From NCBI RefSeq assembly GCF_001194135.2, contig NC_068987.1, positions 64,804,343 through 64,868,342 of the forward strand: 64,000 nt of DNA, written 5' to 3'. The notes beneath the pieces were generated by a model. It ran no database searches. It saw nothing but the letters and a program-made list of their open reading frames with translations, and was not told where the DNA came from. Made by a program: the position numbers and the translations under genes. This DNA is from Octopus bimaculoides (taxonomy: Eukaryota). Within the stretch, counting starts at the first letter, position 1. Each line of letters opens with the position of its first letter. Positions 11,511 to 23,764 of the stretch are shown piece after piece.

Positions 11511-13229
11511 ATATATATTATTTATATTATTATTATTATATATTATATATATATATATATATACTTTATTTGTAGGTTAGCAGGCTACCATTAATTTCAT
11601 GCCAAGAAGATTTCTCAGCCATTATTAAACCTGCTACATTGGATGTTGGTACTCTTCTCCATGAAGTTACATGTATTCTCATCCAAGATGCCAAGATGAA
11701 GATGAGTTCCAATGTCGCATGTGGTAGCCTCAATAATTGCTGAGAAACCTTCTCCTAGCATGAAACCAGAAGTAGTCTTGTTAACCTGAGCACTCATTCT
11801 CACTGTTCAATATTTGCTTGTGTGTATACACACACACACATACATTTATACATGAACACAAAGACACAGTACTGTCTTGAGCCCTAGGACCCATAGAACT
11901 TGTTACCTAGTTTACATGATGTATAAATTAGCTGAGATCACAGAATGCAAGTCTGTCGCAGGGTTACTCATTTAAAGCTGAGTTGACTGGAGCAATGTGA
12001 GATGAAGTGCTTTGTTCAAGAACACAATGCATCACCTGGTTTGGGAATCGAAACCACATTCATGCGATTGTGAATGCAACACCCTAACCATGAGGCCACA
12101 TGCCTTCACATACACAGAGACACACACGTGTGTATGTGTGTGTGGTTATGTGTTTGTGTATCCTGGCTGTATCCCTGCATATCGTAACAGGCATCTAAAA
12201 GGACATCTAACTGTAAAACATTACTTGGAAAAGCCCCGTCCAGGAAATGCCTCCATGGAAAAGTGGTAAAATGATAATGATATATAAGTATGTGTGCGTC
12301 CATGTCAGTGTTTATGTTTATACCAGTATTGCATCCCTTTATGTCAAAAACTTAACTTAGTCTTCTGGTAAACAGAGATCAATAAAATAAATACTAGACT
12401 TAACTCTTTAGTATTCAGATTACTCAGTCAAATGTAATACTTATTTATTCACATTGTTTTGAATTAATCATGTGCTATCTCCTAGCTTTGAGATTTGATA
12501 TTTCAATGATGTGATTGTATTTATTTTCAGAATAACATTACAGGATTGGTGTGAAAGACAAGATTTGGCTGGTTTAAACATAAAACAGACAGAATGTTTG
12601 GGCCTGATTTGGTTGGTTCAAATACTAGATTTTCAAATTAGTACTGGGAGCAGGTGGGTCAACATGGTTCCTCGAAAGTAGAGTTCTAGCGTGGCCACAA
12701 TACAACGACAGAAAATCAGCAAAAGAATATGTATGTGTATGTGCGTGTGCTTACATATAATTGTGCCAAAATATAAGTAATACATGCCATTTTTGTTTTT
12801 GTTTTCTTCTTCTTACTTAATTTCTTTTGGTTTTCTTCCTAGATAAAGAATACGAAACAACACTACTACAACAGAAAATAATGATTTCTTAAGGCTACAA
12901 ATATTTTGGGGGCGGGGATATGAGCGAGTAAACTAGTCACAATACTTGGTTGATACTTATTTTATCAACCTTAGTAGAATGAAAAAGTAAGTTTTTATTA
13001 TTTCCCTCCCCCAAATATAAGGTAGGCTGTCAAACGTTTGATTGTCAGTTATAATCCTTTCCTTGCACTTACATCACTCTGACTCTGTAAATGTAGATAA
13101 ATAAATTAAAGGGTGATGTTGATAAATATCTTGTTGCCACCATTTCATGAAGAGGTAGACTAAAGTACAAAAAAAAAAAAATGCTTGAGGAGTATGAGGA
13201 AAAAAATCTTAATGTTTCACAAAATGAAT

Positions 13230-13900
13230 GACCAATACAAGGAACGTAGTAAATCACCAGCTGGGGCAAATAAGCAATATGAAATACTGCTGATATTCAA
13301 TGTACTGTCAAACAAAACTGCCAAAAATAATAATGCAAAAGAGTGATTATAAAAATAACTAAACCTGAGAAACACTACAATATGCAGACATCACAAACCT
13401 CTTAAATGTCCAAGAAAATTGTTACAACTGGCATTTTGTTCATGTCCATCATAAATGGTGGATGGATGAAGGTGATGTAAAACTGTGGTTGGAGAAATAT
13501 GGCCATAGTGTTAAGAAGGTTTTGTTGAAGAAACCAGTGTTACCAGCGTGGGATCAATTTCAAACCCCACAAAAGAGAAGCAACAAAGGAAGAAAAAAAA
13601 CCCTTAAGCAATTATAAACTAAAAAGTCAATATCTCCTGCAGTTTAATATTGTAGTTACAACCATCAGACATTTCAGTCAACAAGCTATTGAAATGTTTT
13701 ACACAAGAGTGGAACCTGTGGATGGTTGCTGGGAATATCTGGTAAACCCCAAAAGATGACCGAAGCAACCTACAACTGCAGAAGTATGTCTGTTGGTGAA
13801 GTCATCATGAGCAACAGTCAAAGTAGACATAAAAGAATGTGAAATCTGAAATGCAATAAATGAGATTAAAGATGAACTTCTCTATGAAAATAGTGTTAAG
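13230..13900 (+). mobile_element. pogo/Tigger-family (POGK-like) DDE transposase remnant
   Basis: Degenerate frames give LIFNVLSNKT, HVHHKWWMDEGDVKLWLEK..LLKKPVLPAWDQF, LQPSDISVNK..QEWNLWM and PTTAEVCLLVK..NAINEIKDELLYE, paralleling pogo WMDE..LLVWD.F..LQPLDVSVNKPFK. Confidence 0.8.
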
Positions 13901-15049
13901 GTAGAAACAGCTAGACATAGTGACACTGACGTAGATGGCAGCAGTGATTGATGTGTTAACAGACACTATATTTACCAGAAAGTAAACTAAACATGCTATT
14001 TCTGACATTATCAAGAAATATATTTCACATTAAAGGTTAGTCTTAAAGAGATAAGCTCTCTCTCTTTACCGACTTTTACTCTCTCACACACCCTTTCTTT
14101 GACTATAAAGGAGTTATGGATGCACTACACTGCATCTCTGCAATAGTGGAGATCAGTATGGTGCCCAGGTAATCAGGACTTGGTAGTACTTTTGAAACTA
14201 CTTACATAGGTAATTGAAACATAGACATGCATTATGGTCTGTAGTGAGTATGCCTTAGTGATGTACTAAATTTTGTTTAATGCTCTAAATTAGATACCTT
14301 TACAAAATAAATCTTAGATTATATGATCATAAATAGTCAAACACATTTTTCCAAAACCAAACATTGCTAATTATAGGGTGGTCTTATGACCTTGGGTACA
14401 CAGAAACTATGAAGATTTTTGCATACATCATTCAGTACATCACCCTTTAATTTATTTAATTTCATGGCTCACTTGAGTTATTACACTTAGTTCATTTCAT
14501 TTTCCATTAAATTTAAGCTATGGACCCATGAAAAAGAATCAATAAACATGAGGTCTGTCCATAAAGAAACTGTACCTTTAAAACAGAGCACCAGCAAGGT
14601 GTTATGATAGAGTATATACTATATATGGTGACTTTAGTGGAGACACATGGCTTAGTGGTTAGGGTGTTGGTCTCATGATCATAAGACTATGGTTTTAATT
14701 CCTGGATTGGGCGATGCATTGTGTTCTTGAGCAAAACACTTTATTTCACATTGCTCCAGTCCACTCAGCTGGTAAAAATGAGTAATCCTGTTATAGACTG
14801 GCATTCCATCCAGGGAGGAATATATACCAGAGAAACTGGCCCTATGCTCTTTATGGAGTAATGTGGACTTAACAAAGGTAACTTTGACATTCTGTCTAAT
14901 AACAGTTCCAGTCATATCAGTTTGTCACTGATCCACTGGTGCTAGAGATAATGTATGTTCAGTGCACGTGGTGATTTGTTGCAAGTTGAAGAATGAAGAA
15001 TTTGGAAGAGTAAAGCAAATATGTTTGTGTGAAATTCTGTTTCAAATTT

Positions 15050-16830
15050 GGAAAAACTCTTAAAAAATCTGATACCCTAAGTGGTTCACTCATAATTGCA
15101 CAGTTGTTCAGGCAAAAAGCAAAACCAACAATGTCCAGCAAAATTTATCTCCCCACCCCAAATGGCATGTACCCTTACCCAGCAACACAACTGAAAGTCA
15201 ACTATCCAAACTGTGTAAGATGATTATATGATTATATATAGTACAACACTCAAGCTATCCTGCCTTCTAAACTGCAGCAGATTCTTTTGGTTCCTTGCCA
15301 AAAGGATTTCCACCAACTTTGCAGAATCCTCTTTCTCTCCATTTCACAACAATGATGGTTCTATGAGAGCAATACTCCTGCAAAGAAAGTCTCCACCTTC
15401 ACTGTCTGTTTTGCAGTCATCTCCACATTGCATGCTCCTGGCAAATCTCCTCCAATTTTATCCTTTTTCACCCTTTTATGTCTACCATCTTGTACACACA
15501 CATGCCAAAAGCCAAAGTACCTTTGGTCACTTCAAACCAACAAGGCTGCCAACCCTGACAGTGTCCAAACTTTTCACACAAACACTGGATCCCCAGAGCT
15601 AATCTCTATACTCACCAAACTTTTCAATCTTTTCTCCTCTACAGAGGAAACATTCTCAAGAAAGGCAACTACTCTGACTCAGCTAACAATCACTTTATCA
15701 CACTTCTAATATCTCTAAGGTAAGGGATGCAGCTGTTAACAATGACATCCTCCAACGTTGCTCTCTTTCTCTCCTTATTGACCACCAGCATGGTTTCTGT
15801 AAAGCCAACTCCATTTGTGACCTACTCTCCTTTATCGCCCACCTGTAGGCTCTTCCTTTGGAGAAATTTGGTGAAAATAATATTGTCATCTGATATTTGC
15901 AAGCTTTTTTTATTGTCCAGTGCATGAATCTCCTTTCGAAATTGCCTGCCAGTGGGTTCCACCAGTCTTCCAATTTTGGGGATTGGTAGCTTTCTATCAG
16001 GTCACTATTGTAGTGTGTGTTGACAAAGGTGTAACAAAGAAGGCTTCTCTATGTATTGGAAAATAATTTGTTACAATAATGGGAAGTCCCTCATTCTATC
16101 AACTTTGGCAAGCCCCAGAATCCAAATTTGTCCCTTACTTTCTTCCTTGACTCATTTTCCAACACCTCCAACAAAACATGCTCTTACAGATGAACCCACC
16201 TTTCATTCTTTCCTAACATGCATCATTCACTCACAACCTAGACCTTACATAACAAATCCTCACTGATTCCATGACCAGAAACTTCAAAAAGCATCCTTCA
16301 TTGACTATATACCATTCTCTTTCAAGAAAACATCATCACATCACATCCCTTTCATTATGAACGCCTGCAAAAATCACTCCAATTTGTGGTCCCACTGCCA
16401 CCAAGGATTTCTTTTGACAAAAGCACATCCTTAACATAACTAGAATTGCATCCCAATGACTGGCCCTTCTCTTCAATCCCCTACACTTATTGACACTATG
16501 CTAAGCTCAGATGAGACCCACAATAGGATATTACTCTCACATATGAGACAGTGCTACTGCACATATAAACACCCTAGACAACATCTTGAAAAAGGTTATC
16601 CAACTGATCAGCAAAAAGGCATTTATATACAAACTCCAGCTTGTAGTCCACAGGTGTGCTGACTCCTCTCTTATCACTACTATAATGGCTTTTGCTCCAT
16701 GGAGCTAGTAGAGCTTATGCTACCTCTTCCTATTTTCATCACCCTTTCTGTGTGCAACTCTGCAAGTCTCACACTAATCATTATGCCACATCTTTTCTTT
16801 CCAGAATGTCAGATTTCTGGTATTCTTTCC
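15050..16830 (+). mobile_element. CR1/Jockey-type LINE ORF2 (RT) remnant, heavily degenerate
   Basis: FWFLAKRISTNF, KAANPDSV..SPELISILTKLFNL, LIDHQHGFCKANSICDLLSFI, FGENNIVI.DICK and SHTNHYATSFLSRMSDFW match RT-domain and C-terminal motifs. Boundaries are approximate. Confidence 0.8.
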
Positions 16831-19013
16831 TCGTTTATATCTTTCTTGGTCACGGGCACAATCCCTTTCTCTAGCACCAGCAAAATAACAAAAAATTCAG
16901 GAGTTTATCCAGACAGCCCAGATGTCAACAGAATTATAGCAGAACTTAACCATTCTCTACAGATTCTTGAACCAAAGTTAAAAATCAGTAATTATAGAAG
17001 ACAGTGCAGTGAAAGGTCTTTGATCAGATTTTGTTTCTTGAAAACATTAACTTTGCCTTTCGTCCTTTCAGGGTCGATAAAATAAAGTACCAATTGAGAG
17101 CTGGGATCGGTGTAATCGACTAAACTCTTCCCCACAAAATTTCAGGCCTTGTACCTAAATTAGGACGGATTTTTAATGGCATTGTCTTTGAGGAAGGTAT
17201 TCACGACACAATATTATTTGTATCCTGTATAAATCCAAGGGGTTGTCCCTCCTTAAGAAAATCAAAACTGATAAATATCTTTTGCAGAAGCAAAATCTAA
17301 TATTTTTCTTAGCAGCAAAGAGAAAGATGGGAAGTTGAGCCAACCAAGGAGTCTCCATTCAGTCACATTGACCCGCTAAGAACAGCAACCAAATCTCCGT
17401 TATAATACACCTTACTGTCTTAGAAAAGAATTCATTGATTAATGAGTTCATAGGTTCACTGGGACTGGGGAAAAGACAGCATGGCCACGGTTGAAACGTC
17501 CTTGATCAAAAGTTTGCCCAACGAGGGCTGACTTGGAGCTAAAAAACAACAGGGGACACTAAGCCAAAGAGGCAGCCTCTGTACAGTCATTCGACCTCCA
17601 AGAAATAGTGACAAAATTCTGCTAAGCCACATCCTTCCGCCTTAAAAAATTAAAGACATTGGGAAAAATTGTTCCAAATGTACAAAAAGAGATGTCATAG
17701 CTAGAATAACTTAGATCATAGAGCTTGCTTAGCTAGGGATGTTCTGGGGTTAAACCACAATTATGAAACGCTGAAAAATAAAAAGAAAGAGACGCTTTGA
17801 TGGAATTAGGGGTAGTCGTCTATTGTGTTCAATAATAACCAAACTGAAGAGAAGGATGCGGTGACATCTATGTTTTTCTTAATTAATAAAGCACTATAAA
17901 AGCTGAATGAGGGAAGTTATGAAAATATGGATTTATTAAACAGTCATATAAACATGCATTTAAGCAATCACATAAACATTATTAATATTACTATTAAACA
18001 ATTACGTAGAAGTCTTACTGTCAGAAATGTGCAGTTAACAAAATGTATATTTACAATATTTATATCTAAATGTATCGATAAAATATTGACTCTAAAGATA
18101 TGGTTAATAATACTTCAGAAAATTTATAATCTTAATAATATATGTACTAGTTAAACAATTATATACCGATACTATGAAAAGATGTTCTTAAGGGCAAAAT
18201 GGTTTTGATGTTTATGTTTCTTTCTTTCTCAATAACAAACATTAAAAAGTTTTTAAAAAATAAAGAAAAATTACCATTAATTCGCTTCGTTCAGAAAATG
18301 CCGCTTTAATTAGAAGTTAATGAACGAGTCGAGTTTGCGTAATTAATTATTGGTTCACTGAAATCAGATCCAGAATTCGATATTGTCATAAGTAGATATA
18401 TATTGGTAGGTAAGAGTTTGTTGGAATATATAAAATGTTTGTAATGTTGCTATATCAACCACTTCTCGCGACGGCAAGTAGCATATAGCTATATACCCCC
18501 AGTTTTCATGTTTATAAACCAATGTTTGTTGCTATCAATGCTAAATATTATTGCTCTTAATACATTTCGTACGTCTTACTATTTAAGTCAGCGACGAAAC
18601 TTTATCAATTCATTGAGCGTTGAAAAAAATAATTGCTTGATTTTATAAAATTTCTTAACTCAGTCGAAAGTGGCGCTTCCTGAGTCGTTAACAATAAATA
18701 AGAAAGGGGAGGTAACTCAAAGTTTCTCCCTCTGTTTCAATCTTTCTCTCCCTGTCTCTGTCTCTCTTTCTCTCCCTGTTTCTGTCTCTCTTTCTCTCCT
18801 TCTCTTCATGTACCATGCCTACAGGCGTTGGCGATTATAGATCTCGATGCTAAAATATGATGATTCGTGATTTTTCTTGGGAAAGATAAGCAGTGGTTAT
18901 TCGTTACCGTCGGCAGGTTTATTTACATTTTACTGTACTAGCCTCCCGCTTTCCCGAGCTTACTCTTGAGACAAACGACCTAATTAACCTTTAGTCAAGG
19001 AGACTCATTCGTA

Positions 19014-19229
19014 TTGGTTTCAAATTTTGGCACAAAGCCAGCAAATTGAGAGGAAGGGGTAAGTCGATCACATCGATCTCAGTGCTCAACTGGTACTTAT
19101 TTTACCAACCCCGAAAGGATGAAAGGTAAAGTTGACCTTGGCGGAATTTGAACTCATAACGTAAAGACGAACGAAATACCGCTAAGCATTTTGCCCGGTG
19201 TGTTAACAATTCTGTCAACTTGCCGCCTT
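19014..19229 (-). mobile_element. SINE family C (tRNA-like head, conserved central domain), near full-length copy
   Basis: The reverse complement reads ggcggcaagttgacagaattg..gagttcaaattccgccaaggtcaactttacctttcatcctttcggggttggtaaaataagtaccag..tgtgccaaaatttgaaacc. Other copies at ~17045-17160, 33100-33720 (x3), 47850-48060 and 63250-63930 (x3). Confidence 0.8.
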
Positions 19230-19242
19230 TGGGAGACTTGAG

Positions 19243-19770
19243 CTAAACCTAATCATTAAACGGGCCCTCCCCTCAGTTCTGGAGCCGTCAGGGTTGTTCA
19301 GAAGTGATGGAAAGAGACCAGATGGTCTTACCCTCTGTCCTTGGGNNNNNNNNNNNNNNNNNNNNNNNNNNNNNNNNNNNNNNNNNNNNNNNNNNNNNNN
19401 NNNNNNNNNNNNNNNNNNNNNNNNNNNNNNNNNNNNNNNNNNTTAGAGGTAGGTGCCTCATTTGGGATTCCATAGTCTGCGACTCCTTTGCTCCCTAACA
19501 CATCCTGGATGCTGCAGTTAAGGGGAGGGTCACCACTTCTGTAGCCGAATGGAAGAAAACCTTGAAGTATCGGGACCTGACAGTGAACTATCTCTTCCAA
19601 CCTGTGGCATTTGAGACGTTCGGAGGGGCTGGGCTACTAACTGCCAACGGTTAACGTTGTCTTGTCAACGTTGGCAGCTCGCCTCACCGAGGCGTCAGGT
19701 GATGCCCGTGAGGGCGCTTGGCTTTCCCAACGCCTTAGCCTCGCCATCACCCGTAGTAATGCTGCGAGCG
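19243..19770 (+). mobile_element. CRE/SLACS-type non-LTR retrotransposon C-terminal restriction-like endonuclease (RLE) remnant
   Basis: [34 protein letters not shown]-(gap)-RGRCLIWDSIVCDSFAP*..KYRDL..YLFQPVAFETFGG..RLTEASGDAREGAWLSQRLSLAITRSNAAS. It has one in-frame stop and a frameshift. Confidence 0.8.
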
Positions 19771-22673
19771 GGCTGGCTTGCTTCAGTAGGTTCCGTTAAA
19801 CCTTGTCGTGTGCGACTAGTTGCTGTGACGAAAAAAATTGGTAAATTTTTACAATCACCAAAAACCAAAAAATTCCCCACAATACAGTTTTAACAGAAAA
19901 ATTTGGAAGAATTAGATGAAAGTTCTCCGGTAATTTTCTTTCATGTAAATAAATGTTTACGTTAATTAAAAACAAAAAAATCATATTGACATCAAAGTAT
20001 ATCGACTTGTGTGATATAATGTCTAAAGTCAGACCCCCGCGTCCTGTATGTCTTTACAACCTGATCATCTTCTGCTATTTGATACGTAAGTGCCAGAGAG
20101 AGCCTAAGAGTTATGGTGGCCATACTCACCAAAATGCTTGAACAATGGAGCTGAATCTTCACCAACGGATGCAGTTTAATGTCTTATCCAGGGCATCATA
20201 GTTATTAGATGGTCAAAAGACACGAAGCAATGAACAAGCTTCTAGGTAGTTTCTCGGTTTACTAGAAATAGTAGTTACTGTCTCTTGAGCCACATCATAA
20301 TAGTTGAAAGAAATGACATCAGAAAATATAGTTTAACAAAATTATGGGATGGTCACGAGTGGAATGTATTTAATTATAGGTCTGCTCAATCAGAAATGAC
20401 TTGTGGCTAAACAACCACAGCAAAATGACATATTTCGTTTGTGTGGGAGAATATTCGTTGTTAGAAAACTCATTCTTTATCTTTTATATTTTACTTGTTT
20501 CAGACCTTGCTAGGGCATTACCTTAAAGAGCATAGACGAATAAATCGACCCCAGTACCTGTTTTTTAAAGTATGGTACTTATTCTAATCGCCTCATTTGC
20601 CTAACGGCGTAGTTATGCAGACGTAAACAAACCAGCGCCGGTTGTGAAGCGGTGGAAGGATCAAACACAAATACATAGACACACGTACAACGCATATATA
20701 CGACAGGTTTCCACATATTTTTCGTTTACCAAATTCAATTTCAAGACGTTGATTGGCTCGGGGCTATAGTAGAAGGCACTTGCCCAAAACCACATGGTTG
20801 CAAAGTGACTTATAATCAATAAAATTACTGGATAACAAGAAATTAATGGTGCAGTTAGAAGACCCAGTTGCTACGTATGTGGTAGTTGTAGTGGATTCGA
20901 TCCACAATAGCCAAATTTCACGTAACAGTTCAACAGAACTTTTCTCATGGTGGAACAATGGTTTTTCTGTGACAGTAGTTTTACATTTACCAGATTGCCT
21001 TAGCTAGGCTGAAATAATATCTTCACCACTTGATCCTTCTAACCTCAAAAGCTAGAATTAAGATAACAAGTACCACCAACAAACCATTGTTCTCAACGAC
21101 ATGCCTATCCTTCTGGATAGTTATAAAAGCAAGAACCCCCAAGCAAAAATCAGTTAGTCACTTGCTAACAACTCAGTTAGTGACAACTCGAGTAAGAGAG
21201 ACCGATGATCAATTAGGGAAACGGACCACTAGAATCATGGCCACAAGCAGGCAACCGCTAAAGACAAACGGCCAGAAAAAAAAGAAAGTTTATAGTCGGC
21301 GACTATGCGAGCCAACGTCCCACACTCTCTCAGTTTTACTAACTGACTTTCTCTTCTCTGCACATTACCATATCTCTCTCTATGGTTTACTACTACAATA
21401 AGAACATACAGGCCGAAATTAACTTTTTTACTTCGCATGCTCTAGGATTTTATCACCTGCCCGTCGAGGCAAGGTATATTCAATATAACGGTAAATAAAT
21501 ATTTCCTTAAAACTTCATGCATTGTTCATCTTTCATCCTTACATAATGAAGAATCTCAACCATCTACAAATATCAACCGTTTCATAGTAAAGGCGACTTG
21601 GAATTATTCTTTCCAAAAGATGAAGGTAAATGAAAAGAAAAAGGAGAGTGACAGACAGCATTAAAAGCAGTGCTCTACGTTTAATGTGGCCACACGTATG
21701 GATGATAAATGAAAAATGGTTTGATGCGTGGAAGCCATGGTCTTCTCCTGTGCGTTGCCTCCTATCTGCTACTGGTGTGTGATGAGAGAGACTAGATCAC
21801 TTCTTTACTGTCCGACGTCTTGGCGAGAAAAGAGAAAGAGATGAGTCTCTGAACCTTAATGTTGCTTATGCCCTCTATTGGCCAGCGTGTTTAAACCTGC
21901 TGTCAAGCGAGGTAACTGCACCTACATATTCATTAAATAAATAGCATATGGTCTAAGTCATCATTTGGTCGGGTAGATGATGATAGACATCTGTTGATGC
22001 CAGTGAATCTGGATAGAAGAAAAGGTTGTTCTGCCAATTGACTTATTCAGAAGTGATGATATAAGGTGGTACCGGTGCCAGTCAGCCGTCAATGAAATTA
22101 AACTGCAAATCGATGGATTTACTTCCGAATCATAGGCACAAGAATATAACAGCCTGAGATATTCGCTAGAATAATCTCTACAACTGCGTTCCTTTGACAA
22201 AATGCTTTTCAGTGAAATCTTATGGACTTACTAAAATTGCTTGAGCGTCAGACAAAATTTCCCACAATATTTAATTACAGCTCTCTACTGTCTGGGCTCT
22301 AATCCCACCGAGGTTAACTTTGTCTTTCATCCATCTGAGGTCGATAAAACAGTCAAGCGATTGGCTATTCGTAAAATGTATCTTAGAATAATAAAATAGA
22401 TTAAGAAGATTAAGCAGTGTTTATTAGCGCTATGTTTAATAACGAGTACAGTTAAAGACAATCGGATATATTTAACGGTCTTTATTGGTGTGGTTGGGCA
22501 CATTAATCCTCTAAATTGACGAGTTTTGTTTACCGTCATTCACTAGCCATAAAAGAAGCTTCAACTTCAGTAATTTTACTGACTTGTTACATATGTAACG
22601 CGCAAAAAAATTGTTGTAATGCAAATAAAAGCCTGTCCTGAACTCGCTTGTAAAACGGAATGACCTACTAGTT

Positions 22674-23060
22674 TGTAGTGAACCCTGGCGGTCACATTCT
22701 GGAAGCTTCCGGTTAACGTGGAAGTCGGGGACTTCTGGTTTATCCCTTATATAGAGGAAGGAATTTCTAAATTCGTGCCATTCAGTGCCTGTTGATTCTT
22801 CGACATGCATTGGGTCAAGCCGCCAAATACATACCAGCTCGCGCACACATTCGCCTCACTTACTTGGAGATATGTGATTGCAAACGTGCGCGCAAGCTGG
22901 TGTGTATGTGGCGGCTTGACCCAATGCATGTCGAAGAATCAACAGGCACTGAATGGCGCGAATTTAGAAATTCCTTCCTTTATATAAGGGATCAACCGGA
23001 TGTCCCCAACCTCCACGTAAACCGGAAGCTTCCAAAATGTGACCGCCAGGGTTCACTACA
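22674..23060. mobile_element. 387-bp palindromic MITE with TGT..ACA ends and 4-bp TSD (Ginger-like)
   Basis: Arms 22674-22854 and 22880-23060 differ at 15 of ~181 positions; 25-nt loop; AGTT directly flanks both ends (22670-22673, 23061-23064). Confidence 0.85.
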
Positions 23061-23137
23061 AGTTTATAACTGAAGGAAAGTTTTGTATTTATCAGTGTTT
23101 ATCGGGCAGTGATGTGCTTTTATATGGACATCACAGC

Positions 23138-23168
<31 letters not shown>

Positions 23169-23685
23169 TACAGTATGTGCGCGCGCACGTAGATATATTG
23201 TAGTATGGTGTTCTTCAATCAGAAATATGGATGTCACAAGGAATACTAGATTTATTATTAATTACAATTTCAGAGCGGCGAGCTGGCAGAACTGTTAGCA
23301 TGCCGGGTAAAATCAACTTTGCCTTTCACCCTTTCAGGGTCGTTGAAATCAGTACTAGCTCCTTCAAAACTTCAAGCGTTGTGCTCTATAGTAGATATGA
23401 TTATTAATTACAATTAAATTTCTGGATCTTTATGATTTGACGGGCAACACTTGTTTTCTTAACGAAACACTTTCAAACTTGGGATACTGGTAGAATGTGT
23501 CATATAAAACAACTTCTTCTCTTAACCTTCTTAACAAAAAATTGTACATCGCAAGTTATTTCATGTTAAAGTTGTCGTATTTCTGTAATTTCAACCAATC
23601 ACTGACGTCTATTCAGCTGAATACAGTTAGTGCTGTTCGGTGTCAAGTGTGTTATTCCCTGTTTAATTATATCATTATTCCCTAG

Positions 23686-23764
23686 TAAGGGTTTAGGGTT
23701 CGGGTTTTAGGGTTAGGGTTTTAGGGTTATGGTTATGAGTTATAGGGTTAGAGTTAAGGTTATG
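23686..23764 (+). repeat. Degenerate interstitial telomere-like (TTAGGG)n tract running into an N-gap
   Basis: taagggtttagggttcgggttttagggttagggttttagggttatggttatgag..; TTAGGG units degrade toward TTATGG. Confidence 0.75.

Noticed and set aside
19640-19678. 9-bp inverted repeat (CTGCCAACG/CGTTGGCAG) at the CRE frameshift, a possible micro-inversion
   Set aside because: Flipping the internal 19 nt does not restore the reading frame, so the interpretation is unsupported.
20821-21180. Stop-poor plus-strand frame (KLLDNKKLMVQLEDPVATY...)
   Set aside because: It is interrupted by stops, has no splice-bounded structure and no recognisable family.
21961-22200. ORF starting MSKERSCRDYSSEYLR resembling a hAT-Buster/Charlie N-terminus
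   Set aside because: Similarity is limited to about 12 residues and the expected downstream Cys motif is not convincing.
22511-23073. Two near-identical ORFs on opposite strands suggesting a duplicated gene
   Set aside because: They are the two arms of the palindromic MITE read in mirror image; no protein homology was recognised.
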